Below, piece by piece: positions 48,021 through 58,547 of a DNA stretch of 64,000 bases. The notes beneath the pieces are model-generated. The model was given only the letters and a program-made list of their open reading frames with translations. It did not search any database and was not told the origin of the DNA. The position numbers and the translations under genes were made by a program. Position 1 is the first letter of the stretch. Each line of letters opens with the position of its first letter. Origin of the DNA: an uncultured Gemmatimonadaceae bacterium (lineage in GTDB: Bacteria > Gemmatimonadota > Gemmatimonadetes > Gemmatimonadales > Gemmatimonadaceae); contig CAWFQK010000004.1 of assembly GCA_963817955.1 (NCBI GenBank), positions 704,001 to 768,000 on the forward strand, in the 5' to 3' direction.

Positions 48021-48962
48021 ATGCGTGCCCCCAAGTACGACGTAGCGATTACCGCCGCCGACTTTGACGCATTGGCAGTGGCGGAGCTGAAGCGACGCCT
48101 CGAGCAGCGCCTTTCGAAGCCCGTCTACGCTCCGCCCCGCGCCGGAGACACGCCACGCACGGACGCCGACTTGGCCGCCATTCAGAAGGCGATCGAGAAG
48201 GAATCGCGGGTCGTGGTCGTGCTCCATCAACGGCTCTGGGGCGTGACGCCTGTCACAGCGCCAGAAGCGGCAGCCTTACAGGCACGCATTGGCAAGGTCA
48301 AGCACAAAGATGTCGTCGTCGTGCCCATCGATACCTCGCCGGTGCCGACCTGGCTCAAGGCCACGATGGTTCGATCGGAGGGCGATCCGACCAGCGCCGC
48401 GGTGATTGACGCAATCATGAACGCGGTGGACCATGCCGGCGGCTCGCCCAAACGTGTCACGGACGCAATCATCGCGGCGCATGTGGCCGAGGACGCGCGA
48501 CGCGCGCAGGCACGCACCACCTTCCTCACGTCGCAGCGAGCACTCACGCTGATCAACCGCGAGCTGGACTCGCTGTCGGCAACGGTGCTCAAGCTTTGCC
48601 AGAGCACGCTCCCGGAAGGAGTCGCCGCCGAAGCGCGCCGGACACCTGACCGCTACACCGTCCAGATTGGACCGGTGGGTCTGAGCTTTTCATGGATTCG
48701 TGGCCGCTCCAATTCGATCGCCGACGGGCAGCTTCTCGTCATTGAATGGAGCGGCACACTGGGCGACCAACAGGGTGTAGCCGCTGCGCGCACGGCCATG
48801 CCGGCGTTCGAGCACGTCCTCCAACCGCACGCCACGAGCCCCGAGGACTGGCAGTGGCGTCGCGCGGATCTCGATCTCTGCTGCTATACGACGCGGGATC
48901 TGGCGGAGCAGTGCGTCGCGTCAGTGGTGAGGCGACTGCCTGCGCCGGTGGTCGTGAGTTAA
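48021..48962 (+). CDS. Protein with a divergent N-terminal TIR-like domain
   Basis: KYDVAIT....D...A.EL..RL, ESRVVVVL....WG.TP.T..E..A pattern. Confidence 0.55.
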   Translation: MRAPKYDVAITAADFDALAVAELKRRLEQRLSKPVYAPPRAGDTPRTDADLAAIQKAIEKESRVVVVLHQRLWGVTPVTAPEAAALQARIGKVKHKDVVVVPIDTSPVPTWLKATMVRSEGDPTSAAVIDAIMNAVDHAGGSPKRVTDAIIAAHVAEDARRAQARTTFLTSQRALTLINRELDSLSATVLKLCQSTLPEGVAAEARRTPDRYTVQIGPVGLSFSWIRGRSNSIADGQLLVIEWSGTLGDQQGVAAARTAMPAFEHVLQPHATSPEDWQWRRADLDLCCYTTRDLAEQCVASVVRRLPAPVVVS

Positions 48963-48967
48963 CAGAG

Positions 48968-49402
48968 CTGTCATCCTGAGCGACGGGCTGTCATCCTGAG
49001 CGACGGGCTGTCATCCTGAGCGAAAGCGAAGGATCTCTGTGACCGATAGACCAGCTTTTTAACGCAGAGGACGCAGAGAACTGCAGGAGGTCGCAGAGAA
49101 CTGCAGGAGAACTGCAGAGGACCGGGAAGGATTGTCTCGCCTGGAAATCTTGGCTGATGCCGTCGTGATGCTCCGATGGTATCGCCCAGGTTGGGATCAT
49201 CAACAATATAGGTGGAATGAATTTTGGACTCGGCATCCACAATTCATTCCACCTATACGCGCCTCCCTCTTCCATACGCTTACAAGTTTTCTTTTACAGT
49301 TCTCTGCAGTTCTCTGCAGTTCTCTGCAGTTCTCTGCGTCCTCTGCGTTAAAAAGCGGTTCTGTCAGTCACAGAGATCCTTCGCTTTGCTCAGCATGACA
49401 GG
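48968..49402. repeat. Composite REP-like nested palindromic element
   Basis: GTCATCCTGAGCG x3 and GCGAAGGATCT; inverted CGCAGAG/CTGCAG arrays; central 22-bp inverted repeat near 49208-49257. Confidence 0.85.
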
Positions 49403-49416
49403 CTTTGCGAGGGTCA

Positions 49417-50691
49417 TCAGGTCCAGTAAAGGCAGAACTCCTTCGTGAGCGCCAGAACGTCCTGGCGCACGGCAGCCTTCACTGATGCATCTTCGGGCGC
49501 TTGAACCACGCGATCGATCAACTCGGCGATTCGCACCATCTCCGGCTCGCCCATGCCGCGGGTGGTCACGGCGGACGTGCCGATCCGAATGCCGCTCGTC
49601 ACGAAGGGAGACTGCGTTTCCTTCGGCACCGTGTTCTTGTTCACCGTGATCGCGGCCTCGTCGAGCGACGTCTGCGCGAGTTTGCCGGTGAGATTACGGT
49701 TCCGGAGATCCACCAACATCAGGTGATTGTCGGTACCCCCGGAGACGATCTTGAAGCCGCGGGCCGACAGCGCGTTGGCGAGCGCGCGGGCGTTCGCGAT
49801 GACGCGTGCGCCGTACGCCTTGAACGCCGGTGTCGAGGCTTCCTTGAAGCACACGGCCTTGGCGGCAATCACGTGCTCGAGCGGGCCGCCCTGACTTCCG
49901 GGGAACACCGATTTGTCGATCCCCTTCGCATGCTCGGCGCGGGAGAGAATGAGACCACCGCGCGGTCCACGTAGCGTCTTGTGCGTCGTCGTGGTGACGA
50001 CGTCGGCATGCGGCACCGGCGACGGGTACACGCCCGCGGCTACGAGGCCGGCGAAGTGCGCCATGTCCACCATGAAGACCGCGCCCACCTCGCGCGCGAC
50101 CTCGGCGAACGCCTCGAAATCGATGACACGCGAGTACGCACTGTAGCCCGCGAGAATCAGCTTCGGCTTGTGCGCGCACGCCTTGGCGCGCATGTCCTCG
50201 TAGTCGATCAAGCCGTCGTCTGTCACGCCATACGAGATGGCATTGAACAGGCGACCCGAGAAATTGACGGGCGACCCGTGCGTCAGGTGACCGCCGTTCG
50301 ACAGATCCATGCCGAGGAACGTGTCGCCCGGGTTGAGAAACGTGGTCATCGCGGCGTAGTTCGCCTGCGAGCCGGAGTGCGGCTGCACGTTCGCATGATC
50401 GGCCCCGAATAGAGCCTTGGCCCGATCGATGGCGACCTGTTCAATGCGATCGACTACCTCACAGCCCCCGTAATAGCGCTTGCCCGGCAATCCCTCGGCA
50501 TACTTGTTCGTGAGCGCCGATCCCATGGCCTCGAGCACCGCCGGTGACACGAAGTTCTCGCTGGCGATCAATTCGAGTCCGTCGGACTGGCGCCTGATCT
50601 CCTCGTCGATCAGGTCCGCGATGTCGGGGTCGTGCTCACGCAACGCTGCGCCCGGGGAACATAAGCAGTGCTTCGTCAAGTGGTTGTTCAT
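49417..50691 (-). CDS. glyA: Serine hydroxymethyltransferase
   Basis: [49 protein letters not shown]. Confidence 0.99.
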   Translation of the reverse strand: MNNHLTKHCLCSPGAALREHDPDIADLIDEEIRRQSDGLELIASENFVSPAVLEAMGSALTNKYAEGLPGKRYYGGCEVVDRIEQVAIDRAKALFGADHANVQPHSGSQANYAAMTTFLNPGDTFLGMDLSNGGHLTHGSPVNFSGRLFNAISYGVTDDGLIDYEDMRAKACAHKPKLILAGYSAYSRVIDFEAFAEVAREVGAVFMVDMAHFAGLVAAGVYPSPVPHADVVTTTTHKTLRGPRGGLILSRAEHAKGIDKSVFPGSQGGPLEHVIAAKAVCFKEASTPAFKAYGARVIANARALANALSARGFKIVSGGTDNHLMLVDLRNRNLTGKLAQTSLDEAAITVNKNTVPKETQSPFVTSGIRIGTSAVTTRGMGEPEMVRIAELIDRVVQAPEDASVKAAVRQDVLALTKEFCLYWT

Positions 50692-51137
50692 CACTCAGTG
50701 TCCTTCTTTTCGATTTTCTCGACGCGCCGCGCGTGACGTCCGCCCAGAAACGGTGTGTCGAGCCACATTTTGAGAATGGCAATTCCCTGCTCTTCCGATA
50801 GAAAGCGCGCCGGCAGCACGAGCACGTTCGCATCATTGTGCTCACGCGCCAGCTTCGCGACCTCCGGATTCCACGCCACCGCGGCACGGACCCGCGGATA
50901 CCGGTTGGCGGCGTAACTCATACCCAACCCCGTGCCGCACAGCAAAACGCCGCGCTGCACCGCACCCGCCGACACCTGCTGCGCCAGGGGATGTGCATAG
51001 TCGGCGTAATCGGTGGAGTCCATGCTGTCTGTGCCAAGGTCCTCGACGTCAAACCCGAGGCGACCCAGCGCGGCCTCGAGCTTTTCCTTCAGCTCGAAGC
51101 CGGCGTGGTCGGAGGCGATCAGAATGTGTTCAGCCAT
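50691..51137 (-). CDS. rpiB: Ribose-5-phosphate isomerase B
   Basis: [31 protein letters not shown]. Confidence 0.97.
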   Translation of the reverse strand: MAEHILIASDHAGFELKEKLEAALGRLGFDVEDLGTDSMDSTDYADYAHPLAQQVSAGAVQRGVLLCGTGLGMSYAANRYPRVRAAVAWNPEVAKLAREHNDANVLVLPARFLSEEQGIAILKMWLDTPFLGGRHARRVEKIEKKDTE

Positions 51138-51140
51138 GCG

Positions 51141-51190
51141 AGAGATCCTTCGCTGCGCTCAGGATGACAGTGGTTTTATGCTCAGGATGA
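51141..51190. repeat. REP-like repeat
   Basis: AGATCCTTCGCTGCGCTCAGGATGAC, same family as those at 48968 and 63280-63505. Confidence 0.8.
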
Positions 51191-51208
51191 CCGTGCGCAG
51201 GCGCACGG

Positions 51209-52279
51209 TCACTTGTTCGGCCACTGCGGCCAGGTGCGAACCATGGAGCCTACAGCCCGAATGCGCTGCTCGGCCAGACGATCGGCGGCGAGATAGGTCG
51301 GGATCTTCTCGGTGTTCGCGATGCGGTACACTTTCAGGATCGTGTCATAGATCTCATCAGCCTTGCGGAACGCGCGTGCTGACGTCCAGCCGGCCAACTC
51401 GCTGTACACGTTGATCACGCCACCGGCGTTCGCGACGTAGTCAGGCGCGTACATGATGTTGCGTTTCTCGAGCTCATTGCCATGCCGCTCTTCGAGCAGT
51501 TGGTTATTCGCGGCACCGGCGACAATGTCCACCTTGAGCTGCGGGATGGTCTTGTCGTTGATGATCGCGCCAAGCGCGCATGGTGCGAAGATGTCGGCCT
51601 GCACGCCGTAGATCTCATCGCTCGTCACTGCCCGAGCGCCAAACTCGGTCACGACGCGCTTCACACACTCGGCGTCGATATCGGTGACGATGAGCTTCGC
51701 TCCCGCCGCGTGCAACTCCTTCGCGAGGTACGAGCCTACGTGGCCGCATCCCTGAATCGCCACAGTCTTGGTGCTCAGATCGTCGCTACCCCAGCGCTCC
51801 TTGGCCGAGGCCTGGATGGCGCGGAACACGCCGTGCGCCGTCACTGGCGAGGGGTCGCCCGACCGGCCGGCAAGACCGCTCACGTACTCGGTCTCCATGT
51901 GGACGAAGTCCATGTCGGCCGTGTTCGTGCCAACGTCCTCGGCGGTGATGTACCGGCCACCAAGACTCTCGACAAAGCGGCCGTGCGCGCGAAAGATCAT
52001 CTCGCGATCGGCGGTCTTGTTGTCGCCGAAGATCACAGACTTGCCGCCGCCCAGGTTCAGGCCAGCCACGGCATTCTTGTACGTCATGCCGCGCGCGAGT
52101 CGCAGCGAATCGACGATCGCCTCTTCGTCGGTGGCATAGTTCCAGAAGCGCGTGCCGCCGAGCGCCGGGCCAAGCACGGTGCTATGAACCGCGATGATGC
52201 CGCGATAGCCTGACGCCGAATCCTGGCAGAGCACGAGCTGCTCGTGGCCCATGTCGGCGATGGTGTCGAAGAGCTTCAT
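51209..52279 (-). CDS. Leucine dehydrogenase (Glu/Leu/Phe/Val family)
   Basis: [42 protein letters not shown]. Confidence 0.95.
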   Translation of the reverse strand: MKLFDTIADMGHEQLVLCQDSASGYRGIIAVHSTVLGPALGGTRFWNYATDEEAIVDSLRLARGMTYKNAVAGLNLGGGKSVIFGDNKTADREMIFRAHGRFVESLGGRYITAEDVGTNTADMDFVHMETEYVSGLAGRSGDPSPVTAHGVFRAIQASAKERWGSDDLSTKTVAIQGCGHVGSYLAKELHAAGAKLIVTDIDAECVKRVVTEFGARAVTSDEIYGVQADIFAPCALGAIINDKTIPQLKVDIVAGAANNQLLEERHGNELEKRNIMYAPDYVANAGGVINVYSELAGWTSARAFRKADEIYDTILKVYRIANTEKIPTYLAADRLAEQRIRAVGSMVRTWPQWPNK

Positions 52280-52360
52280 GTGTGAGGTCTAGGGATGGGG
52301 TCTGAGGTCGAGGTCCAGCGTAGGCAGGAACAACGTGGGGCACGTGCAACGGGCAACGAT

Positions 52361-53525
52361 CTACCTCTTCGAGTACAGCTCGCGAGCAATCACTATGCGT
52401 TGGATCTCGGAGCTACCCTCGTAAATCTCGGTGACTTTGGCATCGCGGAACAAGCGCTCCACGGGAAAGTCCTTCACGTAACCGTAACCGCCAAAGATCT
52501 GGATGGCTTGCGTGGTGACCCACATGGCCGTCTCGCTCGCCAACAACTTGGCCATGGCGCTGAATTGCGTCATGTGCTCGCCACGGTCCTTCGCGTGAGC
52601 CGACATGTGGAGCAACGCGCGAGCGGAGGCAACGCGCGTAGCCATGTCCGCGAGCTTGAACTGAATGGCCTGGAATTCCTTGATCGGCTTTCCGAACTGC
52701 TTCCGCTCCGCGGCATACGCGGCGGAGTAGCGCAGCGCGGCTTCGGCAATGCCGATGGACTGCGCGGCAATCCCGAGGCGGCCGTTGTCGAGCGATTGCA
52801 TGGCATAAATGAACCCGCTGCCCACATCGCCGAGCAGCCGGTCACCCGGAACGCGCATATCGGTAAAATTGATCTGCACCGTGGGCGAAGCGCGCAGCCC
52901 CATCTTGTCTTCTTTCTTGCCGACGCTGAAGCCGGCGAAGGTCGGGCGTGATGATGAAGGCACTGATCCCGCGTGCCCCACGCCGGTCATCGGGCGTATC
53001 GGTGCGCGCCATGGCGATGATGACCTCGCCCGCCGTGCCGCTCGACACCCATGCCTTGGTGCCGTTCAGAATCCAGTCGTCGCCGTCGCGAACCGCTTGC
53101 GTCCGCAGCGACGCGGCATCCGATCCCGCCTCGGGCTCGGACAGGGCAAACGCGGCCAGGAGCTCGCCGCGCGCCGCGGGCTTCAAATAACGCTCTTTCT
53201 GGTCTTCTGTTCCCCATCGCAGCAGCATCTGCGTCGGGAGCGAATTGTGCACGCTGAGCATGACGGCAACCGAGGCATCCACACGCGCGATTTCCTCGAG
53301 CGCCACGAGATAGGTGAGCGTGTCGAGCCCCAGACCGTCGTACTCCTCGGGGATGGTCATGCCCAGAAAGCCGAGCGCGCCGAGCTTGCCCACGAGTGAC
53401 GGCTCGAAGTACGCGTCGCGATCCCACTGCGCGCTGTATGGCGCGATCTCATCGGCCGCGAAATTCCGTGCGACCTGCTGAATCTCGCGCTGGACTTCGC
53501 TGAGCGGGGTTAGTGCCCAGGCCAT
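52361..53525 (-). CDS. Acyl-CoA dehydrogenase (frameshift near 52940)
   Basis: FALSEPEAGSDA, LNGTKAWV, EDKMGLRAS, RKQFGKPI..FQ.IQFKLADM, IYEGSSEIQR. Confidence 0.93.
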
Positions 53526-53573
53526 GACATCAACGGTAAGGGGTGGTGTGAGGTGTGGCTTTCGAGCTTACCG

Positions 53574-54419
53574 TCAGTACGCATGGAACCCGCGCTTCGT
53601 TTTCCGTCCGAGCCATCCGGCCGCGACGAACTTCCGCAGCAACGGGCAGGGACGGTACTTCGGGTCGCCAAGTCCGTCGTGCAGCACCTCGAGAATCGCG
53701 AGGCAGGTGTCGAGACCAATGAGGTCCGCGAGTGCCAGCGGTCCCATGGGATGGTTCATCCCGAGCTTCATGACCGTATCGATGGCGTCGGCGGTCCCGA
53801 CGCCTTCCATGAGGCAGTAGATCGCCTCATTGATCATTGGCATCAGGATGCGGTTGGCGACGAATCCGGGATAATCCTGCACTTCCACCGGTGTCTTGCC
53901 CACCGCCTTGCTCAACTCGAGCACGCGCCCCATGGTCTCGTCCGACGTCGCGAGACCGCGGATGACCTCCACGAGCTGCATCACCGGCACGGGATTCATG
54001 AAGTGCATGCCGATGACCTGGTCCGGACGCTTGGTGCGCCCGGCAATCTCCGTAATGGAGATGGAGCTGGTGTTGGTCGCGAGGATTGCGCCGGGGCTCG
54101 CGACGGCTTCCAGTTCGCCGAAGATCTTGAATTTCAGATCGCGATTCTCGGTTGCCGCTTCGATGATGAGCGACGCGCCGCTTGCCGCGCCGATCTGCTG
54201 CGCAGTCGCCACACGTCCAAGGATCAGATCCTTGTCCGCCGGCAGGAGTGCGCCCTTCTTGATCTGTCGATCGAGGTTCCCGGCGATGGTCTTCGTACCG
54301 CGCGCCAACGCGTCAGCAGAGACGTCGATCATGGTGACGTCATATCCGCTCTGCGCGAACACATGCGCGATTCCGTTGCCCATCTGTCCCGCGCCGATGA
54401 CGGCCACACGTTCGGCCAT
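53574..54419 (-). CDS. hbd: 3-hydroxybutyryl-CoA dehydrogenase
   Basis: GAGQMG.GIA, TNTSS, GMHFMNPVP, PGFVANRIL, HPMGPL.LAD.IGLD. Confidence 0.95.
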   Translation of the reverse strand: MAERVAVIGAGQMGNGIAHVFAQSGYDVTMIDVSADALARGTKTIAGNLDRQIKKGALLPADKDLILGRVATAQQIGAASGASLIIEAATENRDLKFKIFGELEAVASPGAILATNTSSISITEIAGRTKRPDQVIGMHFMNPVPVMQLVEVIRGLATSDETMGRVLELSKAVGKTPVEVQDYPGFVANRILMPMINEAIYCLMEGVGTADAIDTVMKLGMNHPMGPLALADLIGLDTCLAILEVLHDGLGDPKYRPCPLLRKFVAAGWLGRKTKRGFHAY

Positions 54420-54424
54420 TGGTG

Positions 54425-55300
54425 CTATGTCTCCTGGCGGCGTGTAGTCCGTCCGCGCCGCGCAAAAAGGTATACGATGCCTATGCCCATCCCGAATCCG
54501 GCGGGGATGCCGCCTTCGGGACCCCATGCACCCCCAGTTGCCCAGTCCGGCCCCGCATCAACATAACGGTACCGCGGCGATTCAAGCGGGTAGCCGCTCA
54601 CCGCGGTGTGAAAGATGACCGCCATCGTCCAATTCCAGGCGAAGTGCGCCATCCACGCGGCGTACAGGCTCCGCGTAGCGTACAAGACCCCCGCCAAGAA
54701 AAACCCCGCGAGCGTCACCAACACCACCGATTCGGCGGTCACGCCCTTGTTCCCCAGGTGCAGCAGGCCAAAGCCGACGCTCGTCGTGATGATCGCCCAC
54801 GGCCAGCCCCAGGACTCGCGCAGTACGGAGAGGATATAGCCCCGCGTCAGCAGCTCTTCGACCAGCGCGGCCGGCAACAGAAACAACGTGATGCGCGCTG
54901 CTGCTCCAGCCCACGAGCCGGCGCCTGATACATCCAGTCGCAGCCAATGGACACCGATCAGCAGTGCGATCGGCACTCCGATCGCCAACCCGCCGGCAAG
55001 CAGTCCAAAGCCAAAGAGTGAGGGGCGGGCCGCGTCGTTCCCCAGCCAGACGTCGCGCCATGGCCGCTTGTCGATCAATTGCAGGCAGACGGCGGTGCTG
55101 GAGAGGAGCCCGATGACTTCGATCCACGACTCGGTAGTTACACCGCGCGCGCCAATGAGCGCGAAGAGCCGAGTGATGAGCGGACCGGCGAACGCTGCGG
55201 AAACGAACAGCGTGGCGAGCGTGACGAAGAAGAAGATGAGAACGCGCCAGGGCGCGCGAAGCGCCCCGGTTTCACCGTAGAAGACCTGCCGCGCGTTCAA
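54425..55300 (-). CDS. CPBP (CAAX/Abi) intramembrane metalloprotease
   Basis: EELLTRG, FGLLH, HFAWN and GG.WGPEG motifs; TTG start overlaps the bioY stop. Confidence 0.88.
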   Translation of the reverse strand: MNARQVFYGETGALRAPWRVLIFFFVTLATLFVSAAFAGPLITRLFALIGARGVTTESWIEVIGLLSSTAVCLQLIDKRPWRDVWLGNDAARPSLFGFGLLAGGLAIGVPIALLIGVHWLRLDVSGAGSWAGAAARITLFLLPAALVEELLTRGYILSVLRESWGWPWAIITTSVGFGLLHLGNKGVTAESVVLVTLAGFFLAGVLYATRSLYAAWMAHFAWNWTMAVIFHTAVSGYPLESPRYRYVDAGPDWATGGAWGPEGGIPAGFGMGIGIVYLFARRGRTTRRQET

Positions 55301-55851
55301 GCGCCGCGGCGCGTCTTCCGAGGACCAGTGACCGCTGCCGCCACGAGCGCCTTCACGATGTCGAGCGCCGCGAACGGAGTCACGCCGAGCTGCACCGCCC
55401 GCGCAACGCCGCCGCTGAGCAGCGCGAGTTGGGCAATTCCGCCCACGAAGATCACCGCGATGCCTGCGACACCAGCCACCCAGCGGCCATTCAACGACGA
55501 CGCACGCCGCGCCAGCGTGCCCGCCACCCACGCGGCGGCGGGATACGCGAGCAGGTATCCGCCCGTGGGTCCAAAGAACCGCGCGATACCGGGCAGGCCC
55601 ATGGGCGTGAACACCGGCAGCCCCGCTGCGCCAGCCGCCAGATACAGCAGCATGCTGGCAACGCCCGCCGCCGGCCCAAGCCACATGCCGGCGAGAATGA
55701 CGAGCATTGGCTGGAGCGTTACCGGCACCGGCGTGAACGGCAGCGGAATGGCCACCTGTGACGCCGCCGCGACGGCAGCGGCAAAACCGACGACGCCAAT
55801 GAGCGACGTGCGGTCGGTAATGGACGAGAGGCGTTGGACGTTCGTCGTCAT
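55297..55851 (-). CDS. bioY: Biotin transporter BioY
   Basis: IPLPFTPVPVTLQ, YL..GA.GLPVF, GPTGGYL. Confidence 0.95.
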   Translation of the reverse strand: MTTNVQRLSSITDRTSLIGVVGFAAAVAAASQVAIPLPFTPVPVTLQPMLVILAGMWLGPAAGVASMLLYLAAGAAGLPVFTPMGLPGIARFFGPTGGYLLAYPAAAWVAGTLARRASSLNGRWVAGVAGIAVIFVGGIAQLALLSGGVARAVQLGVTPFAALDIVKALVAAAVTGPRKTRRGA

Positions 55852-55852
55852 G

Positions 55853-57061
55853 TCAGCTCACCCGTGAAACGCTGAGGGCCACCGCATCGCCGCCGCCAAG
55901 GCAGAGCGTCGCGAGACCACGTTGTTTATTGCGATCCTGCAAAGCGTACAGCAGCGTCGTGAGCACGCGCGCACCGCTGGCGCCGATCGGATGCCCGAGC
56001 GCGATGGCTCCGCCGTTCACGTTCACGCGGTCCCAATTCCAATTGAGGCCGGCGCCGTTCGCCAGCGCCTGCACGGCAAACGCTTCGTTGGCTTCGATCA
56101 GATCGTAGTCGGCGATCGACGTGCCGCTCTTCTTCATCAGGTTCTGAACGGCGTGGATTGGCGCGAAGAACAGATCCTGCGGCTCGGTACCACCCGTGGC
56201 ATATGCGTCGATGCGCGCGAGAATGGTGAGCCCATGCGCCCGCGCGTACTCCTCCGACGTCACGACCACCGCCGCTCCGCCGTCGTTGAGGCTCGACGCA
56301 TTGCCCGCGGTGACCGACAGCGATTCCGGCTTCTCTTTGCCGGGAAACGCGGGGCGAAGCTTGCCGAGCGATTCAACCGTGGTGTCCTTGCGCGGGCTCT
56401 CGTCTGTATCCACGGTCGTCGGGCCTTTGCGTCCCGGAATCTGCACTGGTACGATCTCGTTCTTGAACTTCCCCGCTTCGATCGCCGCGATTGCCTTTGC
56501 GTGCGACTTGGCCGAGAACTCGTCCTGCATGTGCCGCGTGATGCCGGCCTTCTTTGCCGTGTACTCGGCGTGGCCACCCATGTGGACGTCGCAGAGCGCA
56601 CACCAGAGTCCGTCCTTGATCATGCCGTCGACGAGCGTCTGATCACCGAGCTTGACGCCGCTGCGCAATCCATAGTTGTAGTACGGCGCGTTGGACATGG
56701 ATTCCTGTCCGCCGGCCACGACAACCTGGCGATCGCCCGCCTTGATCGACTGTGCAGCAAGCATTACGGCCTTGAGACCCGAGCCGCAGACCTTGTTGAT
56801 CGTGAGCGCGGACGCGACAGCCGGCATGCCGGCCTTGAGCAGCGCCTGACGCGCTGGCGCCTGGCCAACACCGCCCTGGATCACGTTGCCCATGATCACT
56901 TCTTCAACGTCCTGGATGTCGATGCCGGCGCGCTCCACGGCGGCGCGAATAGCGATGGCGCCGAGTTCGGGCGCGGAAAGCGGGGCAAGCCCGCCGAGGA
57001 AACGTCCAATGGGGGTGCGGGCCGCCGCGACGATCACGGCCTGCCGGGATGTATCCGTCAT
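55853..57061 (-). CDS. Acetyl-CoA C-acetyltransferase (thiolase)
   Basis: INKVCGSG, TAGNAS.LNDG, NEAF, GHPIGASG, CLGGG. Confidence 0.97.
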   Translation of the reverse strand: MTDTSRQAVIVAAARTPIGRFLGGLAPLSAPELGAIAIRAAVERAGIDIQDVEEVIMGNVIQGGVGQAPARQALLKAGMPAVASALTINKVCGSGLKAVMLAAQSIKAGDRQVVVAGGQESMSNAPYYNYGLRSGVKLGDQTLVDGMIKDGLWCALCDVHMGGHAEYTAKKAGITRHMQDEFSAKSHAKAIAAIEAGKFKNEIVPVQIPGRKGPTTVDTDESPRKDTTVESLGKLRPAFPGKEKPESLSVTAGNASSLNDGGAAVVVTSEEYARAHGLTILARIDAYATGGTEPQDLFFAPIHAVQNLMKKSGTSIADYDLIEANEAFAVQALANGAGLNWNWDRVNVNGGAIALGHPIGASGARVLTTLLYALQDRNKQRGLATLCLGGGDAVALSVSRVS

Positions 57062-57199
57062 GTGGCTGAGGCTCCGAAGCTGGAAGTTCAGCCAGAAAGC
57101 TAAGGACGACGGTTCAGCGACGCGACCGTTGGGCGTGTTCACAGCTGCTGGCCGCCCGTTTCGTCAGCGGGCGGCGTCACGCCCCCATGCGGACATTGC

Positions 57200-58033
57200 C
57201 TACATGGACGTCCAGATCAACACGAGCACCTGACTCGCGTTTTGCGCGCCGCCAGAACTGAACATGTTTGGGCCTCCGCGCGTCATGTTGTACTCGGCTG
57301 GACGATTGTGACGATAGACCTCGACGCCAATCACCAGTTCTGCGGGATAGCTCTGAACGGTATTGTAGTCCACTGCAAAGCGATCGAGCTGGAACTCGAC
57401 CCCCTTGTCGTCATGGAATCCGTACCAGGCAAGAATGTCCGCTACGGTTTGCGGCTTCCGGCGCAATATCTCCTGACGGTCGACGAACGTTCCGGTGCCC
57501 TCAAACCGATGCCGGTCGAGGTAGCCAACGCGGTTCAGGCGTGCGTTCACCTTATCGACGGAGGTGGCGGTGACCTGCACCTTGGCGAGCACCTGCGACG
57601 CCACATCCATGACGATCGATGTCGATACGGTCGTACTGTCGACCACGACAAAACCGCGCACGGGGCTCAATCCAACGCGGCGCACCTCGAAGATGTACCG
57701 GCCCGGCACAAGCGAGCGAATGGCGAAATTGCCACCCGAATCGCTGACGCCGAGGCGCGATCGGGTGGTGTCGACAAACGCCTCGAGGGAGTCGGGCGTG
57801 TTGGGCTGCGTGACCCGGATGCTGTCGATGTAGAACAACCGGATGTCGGCGGAGCGAACGCCGGAGTCATCGTTCGCGTTCCGGACCTGGCCAATGAATG
57901 CGGCACGAGCCCCCACGGCGGCCGGCCTGCTCGCCGAATCCGGTAGTTGCGCATAGAGCGCGACGGCTGGAGTGACGGCTGGCGTGACGGCAAGCGCAAT
58001 AGCGAGAGAAACCTGACGGGCAAGCGATAGCAT
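57200..58033 (-). CDS. Secreted carboxypeptidase-regulatory-like domain protein
   Basis: Signal peptide, G.V...SDSGG.F.I..L.PG.Y..EVRRVG, TonB-plug-like tail. Confidence 0.65.
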   Translation of the reverse strand: MLSLARQVSLAIALAVTPAVTPAVALYAQLPDSASRPAAVGARAAFIGQVRNANDDSGVRSADIRLFYIDSIRVTQPNTPDSLEAFVDTTRSRLGVSDSGGNFAIRSLVPGRYIFEVRRVGLSPVRGFVVVDSTTVSTSIVMDVASQVLAKVQVTATSVDKVNARLNRVGYLDRHRFEGTGTFVDRQEILRRKPQTVADILAWYGFHDDKGVEFQLDRFAVDYNTVQSYPAELVIGVEVYRHNRPAEYNMTRGGPNMFSSGGAQNASQVLVLIWTSM

Positions 58034-58190
58034 GATTGCGTCTCTCGACGGCGGGTGTTCCAGGCGTTCATGTATACAATTATGCGACCGTCGCGTCAAG
58101 GCTCACGTTCGGAGCGATCGCAGAACGCTCTTGACAGAAGACGCGAGAGGATACCATGGTTCCATACAGACTCTCCATAGAGACACCAGA

Positions 58191-58547
58191 ATGTCACGCC
58201 TGCCGGTCCTCAAGGGAACGCTCGACCTCCTCGTCCTCCGCGCGCTGAGCTGGACGCCGATGCACGGATTCGAGATCGTCACGTGGCTCGAACGGGCCGC
58301 CAATGGGGCACTCGACGTCGACGATTCCGCGCTGTACCAGGCCGTCTATCGCCTGGAGGAGCGCGGGCTGCTCGAGGCGGAATGGGGCATCACGGCGAAC
58401 AACCGGCGCGCGCGCTACTACAAGCTCACGGCCAACGGTCGCGCGCACCTCCGCGCCGAGACAAAGAGCTGGGTGCAGTACGCGGACACCGTGACGAGCA
58501 TCCTCACCGCTGGCAAGGACGCCCTGCCCGCGCGGGCGAAAGGATGA
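58191..58547 (+). CDS. PadR-family transcriptional regulator
   Basis: GTLDLLVL..L...PMHG.EI, LYQA..RLE..G, NNRRARYY.LT..G. Confidence 0.95.
   Translation: MSRLPVLKGTLDLLVLRALSWTPMHGFEIVTWLERAANGALDVDDSALYQAVYRLEERGLLEAEWGITANNRRARYYKLTANGRAHLRAETKSWVQYADTVTSILTAGKDALPARAKG

Noticed and set aside
52842..52990. Programmed frameshifting in acyl-CoA dehydrogenase (also addB and the ftsB-like gene)
   Set aside because: No slippery motif seen; single indels are more simply explained as sequencing error.
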